A stretch of 48,041 nucleotides of DNA from Chloroflexota bacterium (GCA_034189695.1 JAXHUA010000165.1:1-48041), one strand, 5' to 3'. Positions 1-12,500 are shown, counted from the first letter of the stretch. Notes: generated from the letters alone by a model not told the origin. Translations and numbers: made by a program.

Positions 1-180
1 ACCGTCAACTGGAAACACTATGGGCCATGGCTGAGCATGCCCAAGGAAAGGAGGCTTCGGTAACCTCATTTATGAGGCAACCAACCACCGTTCGGTAACA
101 CTTTCTATTGACGCAACACGTCGACGGCGTGCGCGACCTTCCTCTGCGTCGACCGAGTTGCGCCGGGGTTCCGCGTCTTA

Positions 181-209
181 TTGACAGCCTGGAGGAGGGG
201 CACTACGAT
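181..209 (+). promoter_or_regulatory. sigma70-type promoter for the M16 peptidase gene
   Basis: TTGACA (181-186), 17 bp spacer, TACGAT (204-209). AGGAG RBS precedes ATG 236. Confidence 0.7.
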
Positions 210-235
210 TTCAGTAACGGGGGCAGGAGAGCAGC

Positions 236-1498
236 ATGTACCAGAAGAGCGTTCTTGACAGCGGATTGCGGATAGTGACCAGCACGATGCCGGGGACTCG
301 TTCGGTGGCGGTCATGGTATTCATCGGGGCGGGGTCGGTTTACGAGAGAGCGGAGCACGCCGGTACGTCGCATTTCGTGGAGCACGTGCTCTTCAAAGGG
401 ACGGAGCGTCGACGAACGTCCAAGGAAATCTCAGAGGCGATCGAGCGGGTGGGCGGAACACTGAACGGGGCCACCAGCAAGGAGGTTACCACCTACTGGT
501 GCAAGGTGGCGCGACCGCATTTCCCGCTCGCCCTGGACCTTCTGGTCGACATGCTCCTGCATTCCCGGTTCGACCCGAGTGACGTTGAGCGCGAACGTCA
601 GATCATCATCGAGGAACTGAACGAGAGCATGGACTCGCCGCAGCACCGCGTCAACATGCTCATAGATGACATAATCTGGATGGGTCAACCGCTGGGGAGA
701 GATGTCATCGGCACCAGGGACACGGTAGCAGCCATCGGGCGGGACACGCTTCTGGACTACAAACTGCGCCAGTATGTGCCGAACAACGCTGTGGTGACCG
801 TTGCCGGCGACATAGGGCATGATGAAGCCGTGTCATGCGTCGCCGAGGCATTCGCCGGCTGGGCTACGGGCAGTCCCGTGCCCCACTTCCCCACGGACGA
901 TGCGCAGGAGGAACCGAGGGTGAGGGTGGAACGACGGGAAGCCGAGCAGGCCCATCTCTGTGTAGCGGTGCGGGGTCTTCCGATACTGCATCCCGACCGG
1001 TTCCGCCTGGACATGCTCAACGTTATTCTGGGCGAGGGTATGAGCAGTCGGCTTTTCGTAGAGATCCGTGAGAGGCTGGGACTGAGCTACGACATATACT
1101 GCTACGTGCAGCACCTCTCCGACTCGGGGGCGCTGACCGTGTACGCTGGCGTTGATCCCAAGCGGGCCGAAGCTGCGGTGAAGGCCATCTTGGAGCAGGT
1201 GCGTCTTCTGAAGGAGGGGGTGACCGAGGCGGAGCTTACGCGGGCCAAGGAATACGCCAAGGGCAGACTGTTGCTGCGAATGGAGGACACCAGGAACGTC
1301 GCCGGTTGGCTCGGGGGTCAGGAGTCGCTCACCGGGCGCATCTACACCCCCGACGATGTGGTGTCAATAGTGGATGCGATGACGACGGAGGGCCTCAAGA
1401 GGGTGGCGAACCAGGTGCTCCTGCCGCAGACGCTCAATCTGGCCATTGTGGGCCCGGTGGACCACGAGGAGCGGTTTCGGGATATGCTCACGCTCTAG
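236..1498 (+). CDS. M16 family (pitrilysin/insulinase) zinc peptidase
   Basis: 420 aa. Inverted zinc motif HFVEH, GGTLNGATSKEVT, and C-domain GEGMSSRLFVEIRERLGLSY. Confidence 0.93.
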   Translation: MYQKSVLDSGLRIVTSTMPGTRSVAVMVFIGAGSVYERAEHAGTSHFVEHVLFKGTERRRTSKEISEAIERVGGTLNGATSKEVTTYWCKVARPHFPLALDLLVDMLLHSRFDPSDVERERQIIIEELNESMDSPQHRVNMLIDDIIWMGQPLGRDVIGTRDTVAAIGRDTLLDYKLRQYVPNNAVVTVAGDIGHDEAVSCVAEAFAGWATGSPVPHFPTDDAQEEPRVRVERREAEQAHLCVAVRGLPILHPDRFRLDMLNVILGEGMSSRLFVEIRERLGLSYDIYCYVQHLSDSGALTVYAGVDPKRAEAAVKAILEQVRLLKEGVTEAELTRAKEYAKGRLLLRMEDTRNVAGWLGGQESLTGRIYTPDDVVSIVDAMTTEGLKRVANQVLLPQTLNLAIVGPVDHEERFRDMLTL

Positions 1499-3690
1499 GG
1501 CGGAGGGATTACCACCTCGACGTCGGCCTCGTTCTTGGTTATGCGGAAACTGGTCTCTTCATCATGTCTGGCGAAGAAGAGGTCGACGGTGCCGCCGCCG
1601 ACGCGGAGACCGCTTACCGAAGCCTCGCGGAGCCAGGGAGGTAGCTTCGGGGTGACGTAGATCCTCCTGGAGTGGGCGTCGACCTGAAGGCCAAGCAGGG
1701 ACTGGAGCAGCAGGACGGTGCTGCCCGCGGCCCAGGCCTGAGGCGAGGGGCTCACCGGGTAGGAAGCGGGCGTGGAGAAGCCCTCACGGTCGCGGGTGAA
1801 CCCGCAGTAGAGCTGGGGCAGACGCCCGTAGGGGAAGAAGCGGCTGGCGTCGAAGAGCTGGGTCGCGATGTGCTCCACTTCCCAGGCATATCCATATCGC
1901 TTCATGCCGGCGACGATGATGGAGTTGTCATGGGGCCAGATGCTCCCGTTCTGGTAGCTCATGGGGTTGAACTTCGTCTCACGGTTGCTCACCGTTCTGA
2001 TGCCCCAACCGCTGGCCATCTCGGCGGAGGTCAGCCTGAGCACCAGGTATCTCGCCTTCTCTTCGTCCACGATGTCGCAGAAGAGGCAATGACCCGGGTT
2101 TGACGTGAGCACCTCCACTGGCTTCCTGTCGGCATCGAGTGCCTGGGCGAAGATACGCTTGTCCTCCAGCCAGAACTCCCGGTTGAACCTCTCCTTGAGC
2201 GCCGCCGCCTTCTTCTCCAATCTGGCCGGCAGGGCGGTTTCACCCTTGCGGCGCAGCAGGACGGCCATCTCCTTCATCGCCCTGTAGGCATAGCCCTGCA
2301 CCTCGACGGGGGACACCGGTGGCTCAACGGCTCGGCCATCGGCGTGGCTGAGCGCTCCCCGGCTGTCCTTCCAACCCTGGTCACGCATGCCTCCTGCGGA
2401 CCGGCAAAGGTAGCTCAGGTAGCCGTCGCCGCAGATGTCGCCGTGGTGCTCCATCCAGGCCAGGGCCTTCTTGGCCGTCGGCAGCAGCTCATGGTACAGG
2501 CTGTCGTCGTCGAGCCATCTCATGGTTTCGGCGAATGCAATGAGGAAGAGCGGGGTGGCGTCCAGACTGCCGTAGTAGCAGTCGTAGGGGACCTCACCCG
2601 CCCTGGTCATCTCACCTGTGCGGAAGACATGGAGGATCTTGCCGGGCTCCTCATCTCTCCACGGGTCAGCCTTGGTGCCCTGGTACTTCGCCAGGAACCG
2701 CAAAGTGGCGACCGCTATCTGCGGGTTGAGCATTAGTGTCTGTAGAGAGGTGATCAACGCATCGCGGGCGAAGACGACGGCGAACCACGGGATGCCTGCA
2801 GCTGGCACGCTGCCCTCCGGCGTGTCATTTCCGAGGAGGCGGAGGTCTCGAGAGCTCCTGTTGAGGAGTTGATTGAACAGCTCATTGTCGGTGCACAGCC
2901 AGGTGCAGTTGTCGTGCCAGTCATCGTACGATTGGCGCAGGCACTCCAGGCTCTCGCCATAGGGTTCCGGCTCGGCGACCTCGCCGTCCTCGGAGACGAG
3001 GACGTGGTAGGCGATGTCCTTGGATGCGCCGGGGGGCAGGCTGACTTCCCATGTCACCCTGGCACAGGCCGGGCGGAACAGGGTCATGATTGCCGGCTCC
3101 ACGGCGCCCGGGAGCCTGGTGCTGGGGCGAGTCAGAAGCGGCTCGGCGACGCACACGTCCGTTTCCACGTTCGACGGGTCCACTTCGAAGACGACCTCGG
3201 TGCGGCGCTCCACTTCGTCGAGGCCGACGTAGCTGAGGGTGAGGCGGGAGTCGGCGAACTGTGGCTGGCGGATATCGCCCCGTTTCTCCCTCCGCCAGCC
3301 GCGCACCTCGAGGATGTCGAGGAAGTCGCTGCCGAAGATGATGGCCAGGCTGAACGATGCCGGGAAGGGGTTGTAGTTGTAGAAGCTGATGCACTCGTGC
3401 AGGCCGTGTTTGAGGTAGCGGCTGCGCCTGATGCTAACGCTGCGAGCCAGCGCGACGGCGCCGTCGTGAAGCTCGATGGTGGGGTTGGCAATCTGGATGT
3501 CGCAGATGTAGTTCTCCTCGCTCGAGGAGGTGAGCAGTCGTGGTTCCAGCCCGCCGACGGTGGTCTCCAGGATGGAAAGGTGCCGTGTGTCCCGCCAGTA
3601 CAGCCCCAGCCTGCGCCTGCTGCGGGCCATGTCGCCCAACTCGTCCGACACCATGACCAGGTCGTTCTCCTTGAGGACGTGGCGCCTCAT
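1495..3690 (-). CDS. Amylo-alpha-1,6-glucosidase / glycogen-debranching-like (alpha/alpha)6 glycoside hydrolase, possibly catalytically altered
   Basis: 731 aa. N-terminal DTRHLS domain, then AGIPWF..FARD, EEPGKILH, YYGSLDATPLF, QGWKDS, NGSIWPHDN and PQAWAAG. GGAGGT RBS. Confidence 0.88.
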   Translation of the reverse strand: MRRHVLKENDLVMVSDELGDMARSRRRLGLYWRDTRHLSILETTVGGLEPRLLTSSSEENYICDIQIANPTIELHDGAVALARSVSIRRSRYLKHGLHECISFYNYNPFPASFSLAIIFGSDFLDILEVRGWRREKRGDIRQPQFADSRLTLSYVGLDEVERRTEVVFEVDPSNVETDVCVAEPLLTRPSTRLPGAVEPAIMTLFRPACARVTWEVSLPPGASKDIAYHVLVSEDGEVAEPEPYGESLECLRQSYDDWHDNCTWLCTDNELFNQLLNRSSRDLRLLGNDTPEGSVPAAGIPWFAVVFARDALITSLQTLMLNPQIAVATLRFLAKYQGTKADPWRDEEPGKILHVFRTGEMTRAGEVPYDCYYGSLDATPLFLIAFAETMRWLDDDSLYHELLPTAKKALAWMEHHGDICGDGYLSYLCRSAGGMRDQGWKDSRGALSHADGRAVEPPVSPVEVQGYAYRAMKEMAVLLRRKGETALPARLEKKAAALKERFNREFWLEDKRIFAQALDADRKPVEVLTSNPGHCLFCDIVDEEKARYLVLRLTSAEMASGWGIRTVSNRETKFNPMSYQNGSIWPHDNSIIVAGMKRYGYAWEVEHIATQLFDASRFFPYGRLPQLYCGFTRDREGFSTPASYPVSPSPQAWAAGSTVLLLQSLLGLQVDAHSRRIYVTPKLPPWLREASVSGLRVGGGTVDLFFARHDEETSFRITKNEADVEVVIPPP

Positions 3691-3718
3691 GTGTCACCTC
3701 CCGCATCTCGCCTTATGC

Positions 3719-3758
3719 ATAACGGTAGCCGCAGCCAGTGGGCTGCGGCTATCGTTAT
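3719..3758 (-). terminator. Long stem-loop downstream of groEL (terminator or mRNA 3' stabiliser)
   Basis: ATAACGGTAGCCGCAGCC-agtg-GGCTGCGGCTATCGTTAT, 18-bp arms with one mismatch. No U-tract. Confidence 0.55.
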
Positions 3759-3786
3759 CATTCAGAGTTCGGGATTCAGTTATTCG

Positions 3787-5699
<1,913 letters not shown>

Positions 5700-5723
5700 T
5701 TTTGCCCTCCCTGCATATTGTGT

Positions 5724-5750
5724 TTAGCACTCTCGCGAGCAGACTGCTAA
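5724..5750. promoter_or_regulatory. CIRCE operator (HrcA binding site) for groESL
   Basis: TTAGCACTC-N9-GACTGCTAA, one mismatch to the CIRCE consensus TTAGCACTC-N9-GAGTGCTAA, just upstream of the groS RBS. Confidence 0.93.
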
Positions 5751-5889
5751 ATATCTTAGCTGAGATTGCAGAGGCCTGCAAGCGAGTACAGAGGGATTGG
5801 TGAAAATTTGCAGTCATTGATGGTCATTTGCATGACGAGTGCATGCCTCATTCTTCTTTGGACCTTTTGCTTTCCCGCATGAGCTATCT

Positions 5890-5918
5890 TTGACATGAAA
5901 CACGGAAACGTGTAGCAT
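5890..5918 (+). promoter_or_regulatory. sigma70 promoter of the XRE gene with an overlapping palindromic operator
   Basis: TTGACA (5890-5895), 17 bp, TAGCAT (5913-5918). The spacer and -10 contain AAACACGGAAACGTGTAG (5898-5915). Confidence 0.7.
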
Positions 5919-5924
5919 GTTTGT

Positions 5925-6164
5925 GTGAGAGCACGAGGCAAGAAAAGGGGGGTGGAGTGGGATGGCGTCAGCGTTCGCGCCTTGAGGCGGCATCTGGGCC
6001 TGAGTCAGCAGGGTATGGCGGATGAGCTTGGGACGCGACAGCAGACCATCAGCGAGTGGGAAAGGGACGTATATCGACCTCGTGGCGCCTCGGCCAGGCT
6101 GTTGACGATCATCGCGGAGCGAGCCGGCTTTGAGTACCGGACACAGCAAGATGAGGTGTCGTAG
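5925..6164 (+). CDS. Small XRE/HTH_3 family transcriptional regulator, probably leaderless
   Basis: 79 aa. VRALRRHLGLSQQGMADELGTRQQTISEWE is a cro/C1-type HTH. The GTG lies 7 nt after the -10 box. Confidence 0.85.
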   Translation: MRARGKKRGVEWDGVSVRALRRHLGLSQQGMADELGTRQQTISEWERDVYRPRGASARLLTIIAERAGFEYRTQQDEVS

Positions 6165-6417
6165 AAGGGTTGACACCGTGAGTGCGTGTGCTGTTGGCAC
6201 GAAGCTCGGAGGTTGGGGAAACGATGAAGAGCGGTGGCTGACGTTGTCGTCACGTTGGGAACGAGCAACCGTGCTGCGGAGGAGGGGGGCGTGGCTCGAG
6301 GGAGAAACAAACGGGTCAGTGATGTGAGGTTCTCGCCGGTGGGCGAACGCCGGGGGGCCAAGCTGTATACGCGACGTGGGGGACAGAGGGCGGTGGAGGA
6401 ACGGGGGCGGGGCGCAT

Positions 6418-6447
6418 TTGACTCTTGAGGCTGATGGAGGTTAAGAT
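6418..6447 (+). promoter_or_regulatory. Candidate promoter of the kor-hdr operon
   Basis: TTGACT (6418-6423), 18 bp, TAAGAT (6442-6447) in an AT-richer patch. Confidence 0.5.
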
Positions 6448-6625
6448 AGTACTTAGGTGACATCTACTCGATGATGGTGCGCAATCCTCGCGGCCAGATG
6501 GGCCGTATGATTCCCGAGACGCCGAGACCGCGCTGCAGGCGTTAGCGCGGTGGGGGCGGCTTGGCCCGGTACAATTCCCGACCGCAGTGGTACCACCCCG
6601 CGAATCCAAGCTTAAGGGAACGTGT

Positions 6626-6880
6626 ATGAAACTATGGAGAACGCCTTTCGACCAGGCGGACAAGACTGGCAAGCCGAGCAGTGTGCTGATCGACAGGGTG
6701 AGGTGCAAGGGGTGCGGCTACTGTGTTGAGTTCTGCCCGCGGGACGTGCTGGAGATGGGTGATGAGCTGAGTCCGAAGGGCTACACGCTTCCCGTGATTG
6801 CCGACGAGGCCAGGTGTGTGGGGTGCGGCCTGTGCGAGGCGCTGTGCCCAGAATTCGCCATCCGGGTAGAGGCGAACTAG
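6626..6880 (+). CDS. korD: 2-oxoacid:ferredoxin oxidoreductase delta subunit (2x[4Fe-4S] ferredoxin)
   Basis: CKGCGYCVEFCP and CVGCGLCEALCPEFAI. First gene of the kor cluster. Start placed at ATG 6626. Confidence 0.88.
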   Translation: MKLWRTPFDQADKTGKPSSVLIDRVRCKGCGYCVEFCPRDVLEMGDELSPKGYTLPVIADEARCVGCGLCEALCPEFAIRVEAN

Positions 6881-6903
6881 GACGAGGCTAGCGAGAACAG
6901 TGT

Positions 6904-8055
6904 ATGTCTGAAGACAGAGTGCTCTGCGGGACCTTCTTCATGAACGGTGATGAGGCCTGTGCTGAGGGGGCCATAAGCGCGGGGTGTCGGTTCTTCGCCG
7001 GCTATCCCATCACTCCCGCCACGGAAGTGGCGGAGACGATGAGCCGTCGAATGCCGCGGGTGGGTGGGGTATACATTCAGATGGAGGACGAACTGGCATC
7101 GATGAACGCCGTGCTTGGGGCGTCGTGGGCTGGGGTGAAGGCGATGACGGCCACGTCGGGCCCGGGGTTCAGTCTGATGATGGAGAATCTTGGCCTGGGG
7201 GTGATGCTGGAGACGCCGTGCGTGTTGGTGAATATCCAGAGGGCCGGCCCGTCGACGGGCCTGCCGACGTTGACCGCGCAGGGCGACATGATGCAAGCGC
7301 GATGGGGCTCGCACGGGAGCTACGAGATCATCGCTCTGGTGCCGAGCTCTCCGCAGGAGATCTTCGATCTGACAGTGGCCGCCTTCAATCTTTCGGAGAA
7401 GTACCGCGTGCCGGTTCTGGTGATGTCGGACGAGGCGGTGGGACACATGAGTGAGAAGGTGGTGATACCGCGGATAGCCCCGGAGGAGCTTGTCGCTCGA
7501 AGGCAGCCCAATGAGCGGCCGGACGAATACCAGCCGTTCAAGGCGGACGGGGAACTCGTGCCGCCGATGGCTATAGCCGGGCAGGGCTACCGTTTTCATG
7601 TGACCGGCCTTACCCACGATGAGAAGGGGTACCCGGTGATGACCGCTGAAGCGCAGGACGGCCTGGTGCGCCGACTGGTGGACAAGATCAGGCTGAACCG
7701 GAAGGACATCGTTCGCTATGAGGAGGTCGATGTGGAGGATGCCGAGGTCGTCGTGTGTGCCTACGGGATAACGTCGCGCATAGCCCGGCTGGCGGTGCGG
7801 CAGGTGCGAGAGGAGGGCATCCGCGCCGGCCTGTTGCGACTGATAACGGTATGGCCCTTCGCGGAGGACCGCGTCAGGGAGATTGCGGAAAGGGTGAAGG
7901 CGCTCGTCGTTCCGGAGATAAACTACGGCCAGATCGTACTCGAGGTTGAGAGGTGCGCGGCGGGCAAGGCGAGAACGTCGCTCGTGCCGCATATGGGAGG
8001 CAGCGTACACCGTCCCGAGACCATCGTCAGGGCGATAAAGGAAGCGGTGCAATGA
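6904..8055 (+). CDS. korA: 2-oxoacid:ferredoxin oxidoreductase alpha subunit
   Basis: 383 aa. FAGYPITPATE, QMEDELAS, TATSGPGFSLM, QRAGPSTGLPT. Confidence 0.95.
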   Translation: MSEDRVLCGTFFMNGDEACAEGAISAGCRFFAGYPITPATEVAETMSRRMPRVGGVYIQMEDELASMNAVLGASWAGVKAMTATSGPGFSLMMENLGLGVMLETPCVLVNIQRAGPSTGLPTLTAQGDMMQARWGSHGSYEIIALVPSSPQEIFDLTVAAFNLSEKYRVPVLVMSDEAVGHMSEKVVIPRIAPEELVARRQPNERPDEYQPFKADGELVPPMAIAGQGYRFHVTGLTHDEKGYPVMTAEAQDGLVRRLVDKIRLNRKDIVRYEEVDVEDAEVVVCAYGITSRIARLAVRQVREEGIRAGLLRLITVWPFAEDRVREIAERVKALVVPEINYGQIVLEVERCAAGKARTSLVPHMGGSVHRPETIVRAIKEAVQ

Positions 8056-8918
8056 CGGAAGCAGTACAGGCGGCAAAGGGCGCGATAGACTCGTTCTTGA
8101 GACTGGACCGGATGCCTCACATCTGGTGCCCGGGGTGCGGTATTGGTCCGGCGGTGGGGTGTTTCATCAAGGCCGTCCATCGGACCGAGCTTGACCCCGA
8201 CGAAGTGATGCTCATATCGGGGATCGGGTGCGCTGGTCGGGCGGCCGGGTACGTAAGGCTGGACTCATTTCACACCACCCACGGGCGGGCCCTCCCGTTC
8301 GCCACCGGCCTCAAGCTGGGAAACCCGAAGCTGAACGTGGTGGTCTTCTCTGGCGACGGCGACCTGGTGGCGATAGGGGGCAACCATCTGGTTCACGCGG
8401 CTCGCCGGAACATGGACCTGACGGTCATCTGCATCAACAACTTCAACTACGGCATGACCGGTGGGCAGGTGGGGCCCACCACGCCGGTTGATGCCCGCAG
8501 CACCACCTCGCCGTATGGCAACTTCGAGGACCCCTTCAACATACCCTATCTGGTCGCGGCCAGCGGGGCGACGTACGTGGCGCGTTGGACGGTGCTGCAC
8601 GCTCGTCAACTGGAGAGGTCCATAGCGGAGGCGATGCTGAAGCCGGGCTTCAGCTTCATCGAGGTGATAAGCCCGTGCCCGGCCCTGTACGGGCGTCTCA
8701 ACAAGCAGCCGAACGGCCTGGATACTCTTCATTCGTACCAGGGGAGGAGCGTGGTGCGCGATGGGAGCGACCCGAAGGAGGCGGCCATCACCTTGGATGG
8801 GCCCATAGTAGTGGGCAAGTTCGTTGACGTGGAGCGTCCCACCTTCTGGGACCACTGCGAGGAGTTGTTCGACAAGGTCGGCTGGAAGAGGGGCGAGCAA
8901 GCGGCAGACGCGGAGTGA
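8052..8918 (+). CDS. korB: 2-oxoacid:ferredoxin oxidoreductase beta subunit (TPP binding)
   Basis: WCPGCG, SGIGC, HTTHGRA, GDGD...NNFNYGMTGGQ. ATGA overlap with korA. Confidence 0.95.
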   Translation: MTEAVQAAKGAIDSFLRLDRMPHIWCPGCGIGPAVGCFIKAVHRTELDPDEVMLISGIGCAGRAAGYVRLDSFHTTHGRALPFATGLKLGNPKLNVVVFSGDGDLVAIGGNHLVHAARRNMDLTVICINNFNYGMTGGQVGPTTPVDARSTTSPYGNFEDPFNIPYLVAASGATYVARWTVLHARQLERSIAEAMLKPGFSFIEVISPCPALYGRLNKQPNGLDTLHSYQGRSVVRDGSDPKEAAITLDGPIVVGKFVDVERPTFWDHCEELFDKVGWKRGEQAADAE

Positions 8919-8946
8919 ACGGCAACGCGTGGATGGAGTGAGAAGC

Positions 8947-9507
8947 TTGGCGACAAAGGAGATCAGAATAGCGGGGTTTGGCGGGCAGGGGGTGGTTCTG
9001 TCGGGGCACATTCTGGGTCAGGCTGCGTCGATATACGAGGAAGGCTTCGCCACACTGACGCAGAGCTACGGGCCGGAGGCGCGCGGTGGCTCGTGTATGT
9101 CCGAGGTTATCATCTCCGATGCGCCCATCGGCTACCCGTACGTGCGCAACCCGGGTGTGGTGATAATGCTATCTCAGGAGGCATACGACAAGCACAGCAA
9201 CAGCCTTTCCGGGGGAGCGCTCATGATCGTCGACCCCGACCTGGTGAAGGTGGACCCGTCGCGGGAGCCGCCCCTGAGCATACCGGCGACGCGCATGGCG
9301 CGGGAGATGGGGCGGGTGGTGGTGGCCAATATCATCATGCTGGGCTATCTGGCGGCGGTGAGCGACATCGTATCGGTCGACTCGCTCAAGCAGTCGGTGC
9401 TTGCGTCCGTGCCCAAGGGAACGGAGGAATTCAATACCCGTGCCTTTGAGGCGGGGTATGAGTATGGTCGGGAGCATAGCCAGGGAAGCGAGGTGGGGCG
9501 TGTCTAG
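8947..9507 (+). CDS. korC: 2-oxoacid:ferredoxin oxidoreductase gamma subunit
   Basis: IRIAGFGGQGVV, QSYGPEARGG, ANIIMLG. Start placed at TTG 8947 after GGAG; the exact start is uncertain. Confidence 0.92.
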   Translation: MATKEIRIAGFGGQGVVLSGHILGQAASIYEEGFATLTQSYGPEARGGSCMSEVIISDAPIGYPYVRNPGVVIMLSQEAYDKHSNSLSGGALMIVDPDLVKVDPSREPPLSIPATRMAREMGRVVVANIIMLGYLAAVSDIVSVDSLKQSVLASVPKGTEEFNTRAFEAGYEYGREHSQGSEVGRV

Positions 9508-12500
9508 GGGTGTTGCAGTGATTGGGGGCGGCGTGTCTGCGGCCCAGGCGGCGCTGACCCTGGCCGAGATGGGGGTGGAGGTCAAGGTGGTGACGTCGTC
9601 GGCGACCCTGGGCTGGGGCGACGGGTGTGGCGGTGCCTCGCTCGTATCACCTGAGGAAAGGCTGGTGGTCTGGCCCCTGTTGCTGCGCGCGGCGACGCAT
9701 CCGCTGGTGACCCTCTACACCAACGCAGAGGTCACCGCCGTCGCCGGCAAACGGGGCAGATTGACGGTGCGGGCCACCAGGCGGCCGAGGTACGTGCGGG
9801 AGAATGCGTGCGTTGGCTGTGGCCGCTGCGAGGCCGCGTGCTCGGTCCAGGTGCCGGTGGTGGTCGACGGTCAAAGGGTACTGCGGAGCGCCATCCGGGC
9901 GCCGGTTGTCCACTGCAAAACGGCTCCCTCCGCCTACTTCATAGAGAAGGATGGGGTTGCGCCGTGCCGGGCGTCATGTCCTCTGGGCATAAACGTCCAG
10001 GGGTTCGTTTCCCTGCTGTCGAAGGGAAAGGTCGATGAGGCGCTCACCCTGATACACGAGGCAGCGCCGCTGGCTGGCGTGCTGGGGCGCGTCTGCACAC
10101 ACCCATGCGAGGACTCGTGCAAGCGAGTCGAGGTAGACGACCCGGTGTATATACAGGGGCTGCACCGCTACGCTGCGGACAATGCGTCGAGTGATGTCGT
10201 GTACGGGCGAAAGGTGCCTGTCGGGACAAAGCGGGAGAAGGTAGCCATTGTTGGGAGCGGCCCGGCGGGGCTGGCCGCTGGTTGGGAGCTGGCGCGCCGT
10301 GGCTACCGGCCGACCATCTTCGAGCAGCACGCCGTGGTTGGCGGCATGCTGGCCACCGGAATCCCGAGGTTCCGTTTGCCATGGGAGGTGCGGTACAAGG
10401 AAGTCGAGATGATCAGGGCGCTGGGGGTGGACATCAAGACCGGCGTCACGGTGGGACGTGACGTAACCATATCGGATCTGAGAGAGAGGAAGTACCGGGC
10501 CTTCTTCCTGGGTATCGGTGCGCATGAGAACTACCGCCTGGGCATCGGCGGTGAGCATCTCGAAGGCGTGGTGGACGCCATGTCGCTGCTCTTTGCGCTC
10601 AACCTGAGGGTGGGGGCCTCGGTCGGGTCGAGTGTGGTGGTCATCGGCGGTGGCAACAGCGCTGTCGACGCCGCCAGAATCGCTAACAGGCGAAGCAAGG
10701 GCAGGGTGCGTGTGCTCTGCATCTGGAAGGAGATGACCGCGGTCAAGGAGGATGTCGAGGACGCCATCAAGGAGGGCGTCCAGATAGATTACGAGACGGC
10801 GCCGGTGGAGATCCTCGGCGACGGCGGCAAGGTCACCGGGGTGCGCTGCCAGCGCACGGTGGGGGGCGACATGTCGCCCGAGAATTTCCGGCTGCCGCGG
10901 CCGATACCGGGGACCGATTTCGTGATAGATGCCGACCAGGTGGTAGTGGCGATCGGGCAGCGGCCCAACACGACAGTGCTCAATATGAAATGGCTCGATG
11001 TCGATGGCGACAGCGCCATCATCAGGGTGGACCCGCTCACGCTGGAGACGAACACGCCGGGCGTGTTCGCCGGGGGCGACTGCATCACCGGGTCGAACAA
11101 CGTGGTCTCAGCGGTGGCGGCCGGCCTGCGGGCGGCGGATTCGATAGACAGGTACCTGAGAGGCCGCGATATGAGAAAGGGCCGCAGCCTGGAGAAACCT
11201 GCGGCGGTGGATATCGATGTGAGGAACCGGGACGTGCTGTACTACAAGCGGGCCCGGATGCCGGGTATCCCCATCTCCAAGAGGAGGGGCAACTACGAGG
11301 AGACCGCCCTGGGGCTGCCGGCGGACGCCGCGGAGCGGGAAGCGAAGCGGTGTCTCAACTGTGCCACCTGCAGTGAGTGCATGGAGTGCGAGCGCGTGTG
11401 TGAGCTGGGGGCTGTGTTCCACGGAGACTGGATGCAGCAGGTGGACGTGCCGGCCGAGATCGTCATAGACTGTGCCGAGACCGGGGAAAGGGGCTGGGCT
11501 GGAGGAGCGGGTGGCGAGGTGCAGCAGGGCGACCTGCCGCAGACGGCCGCCTCGGGCATCTACAGGCTGCAGATTGCCGATGACCTCGATGTCGGTGGGC
11601 GGCTGGCGCGCGCTTCCGCCATTGCCTTCGAGGTTGCGGGCGAGCTCACGGTGAAGGAGGGACCGCAATTGCCCGGGGCCGATTTCAGCGTTGCTCCTGC
11701 GGCGTCTTCGCGACGGTCGAGCTCTGACGGCCCCACGGCGAAGGTGGGGGGAACGCGCGTCGGCGTTGTGCTGTGCCAGTGCGGTGGCAGCGTGTCCTCC
11801 GTGGTGGACTTCGAGCGCGTCACCGCAGAAGTGGAGCGGCTTCCAACCGTGTGCGTGGTGGAGACGCTGTCGCAGGCGTGCTCCGAGGATGGGGCGCACG
11901 CGGTCGGGGCCCTCATGGACGAGTGGAACCTGGAGCGCGTGGTGCTCGCCGCCTGTCGATGCTGTGGTCTGGAGCAGATGTGCTATAGCTGTGCTGACAG
12001 GCGGGTGCTGTGCTATCAGAACCTGAGCCGTGTCCTGGGTGAGGAGGGCGCTGGTGCGGTGGAGTTCGCCAATATCCGTGAGCAGTGTGCCTGGGTTCAC
12101 CAGGACGATGTGGAGGGTGCCACGGTCGCCGCGACGGGCATAGTCACGGCGGGGGTGGCGCGGGCAGGGAGGGCGTGTACGCCGGTGACGGCGGAGCGCC
12201 CGGTGGTGGCGAATGTGGTGGTGCTGGGCGCCGGGCTCTGCGGGCTGGCGGCGGCGCGGAGCCTGGTGATGCGGGGCTGTTCGGTTGAGGTGGTTGATGG
12301 CCCGCGGTCAGCCCGGGACGAGATGGGCGATAGCAATGGCTACCTGGCGAAGAGAGATGACCTGCTGAGGGAACTCGGGGAGCGCGGCGTGCTGGTGAGG
12401 CCGTGGCCGGGCCGACTGGAACTGGGCGGGTCATGTGGCAGCCATGAGGTGGTTCTGGAGAATGGAAGAGACAGCGTGTGCCTCACCGCCGGGGCCGTCA

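Noticed and set aside
1-175. Possible 3' end of an upstream gene (TVNWKHYGPWLSMPKERRLR*, 1-63), a CCTCAT-TT-ATGAGG palindrome and an imperfect hairpin
   Set aside because: Too short and truncated to assign. The palindrome was not noticed elsewhere in the window.
6130-6428. Short ORFs 6130-6327 and 6234-6428
   Set aside because: No motifs or convincing RBS. Probably intergenic sequence.
6619-6626. AACGTGTA half-site of the 18-bp palindrome at the korD start
   Set aside because: Only one arm matches, so it is not counted as an operator.
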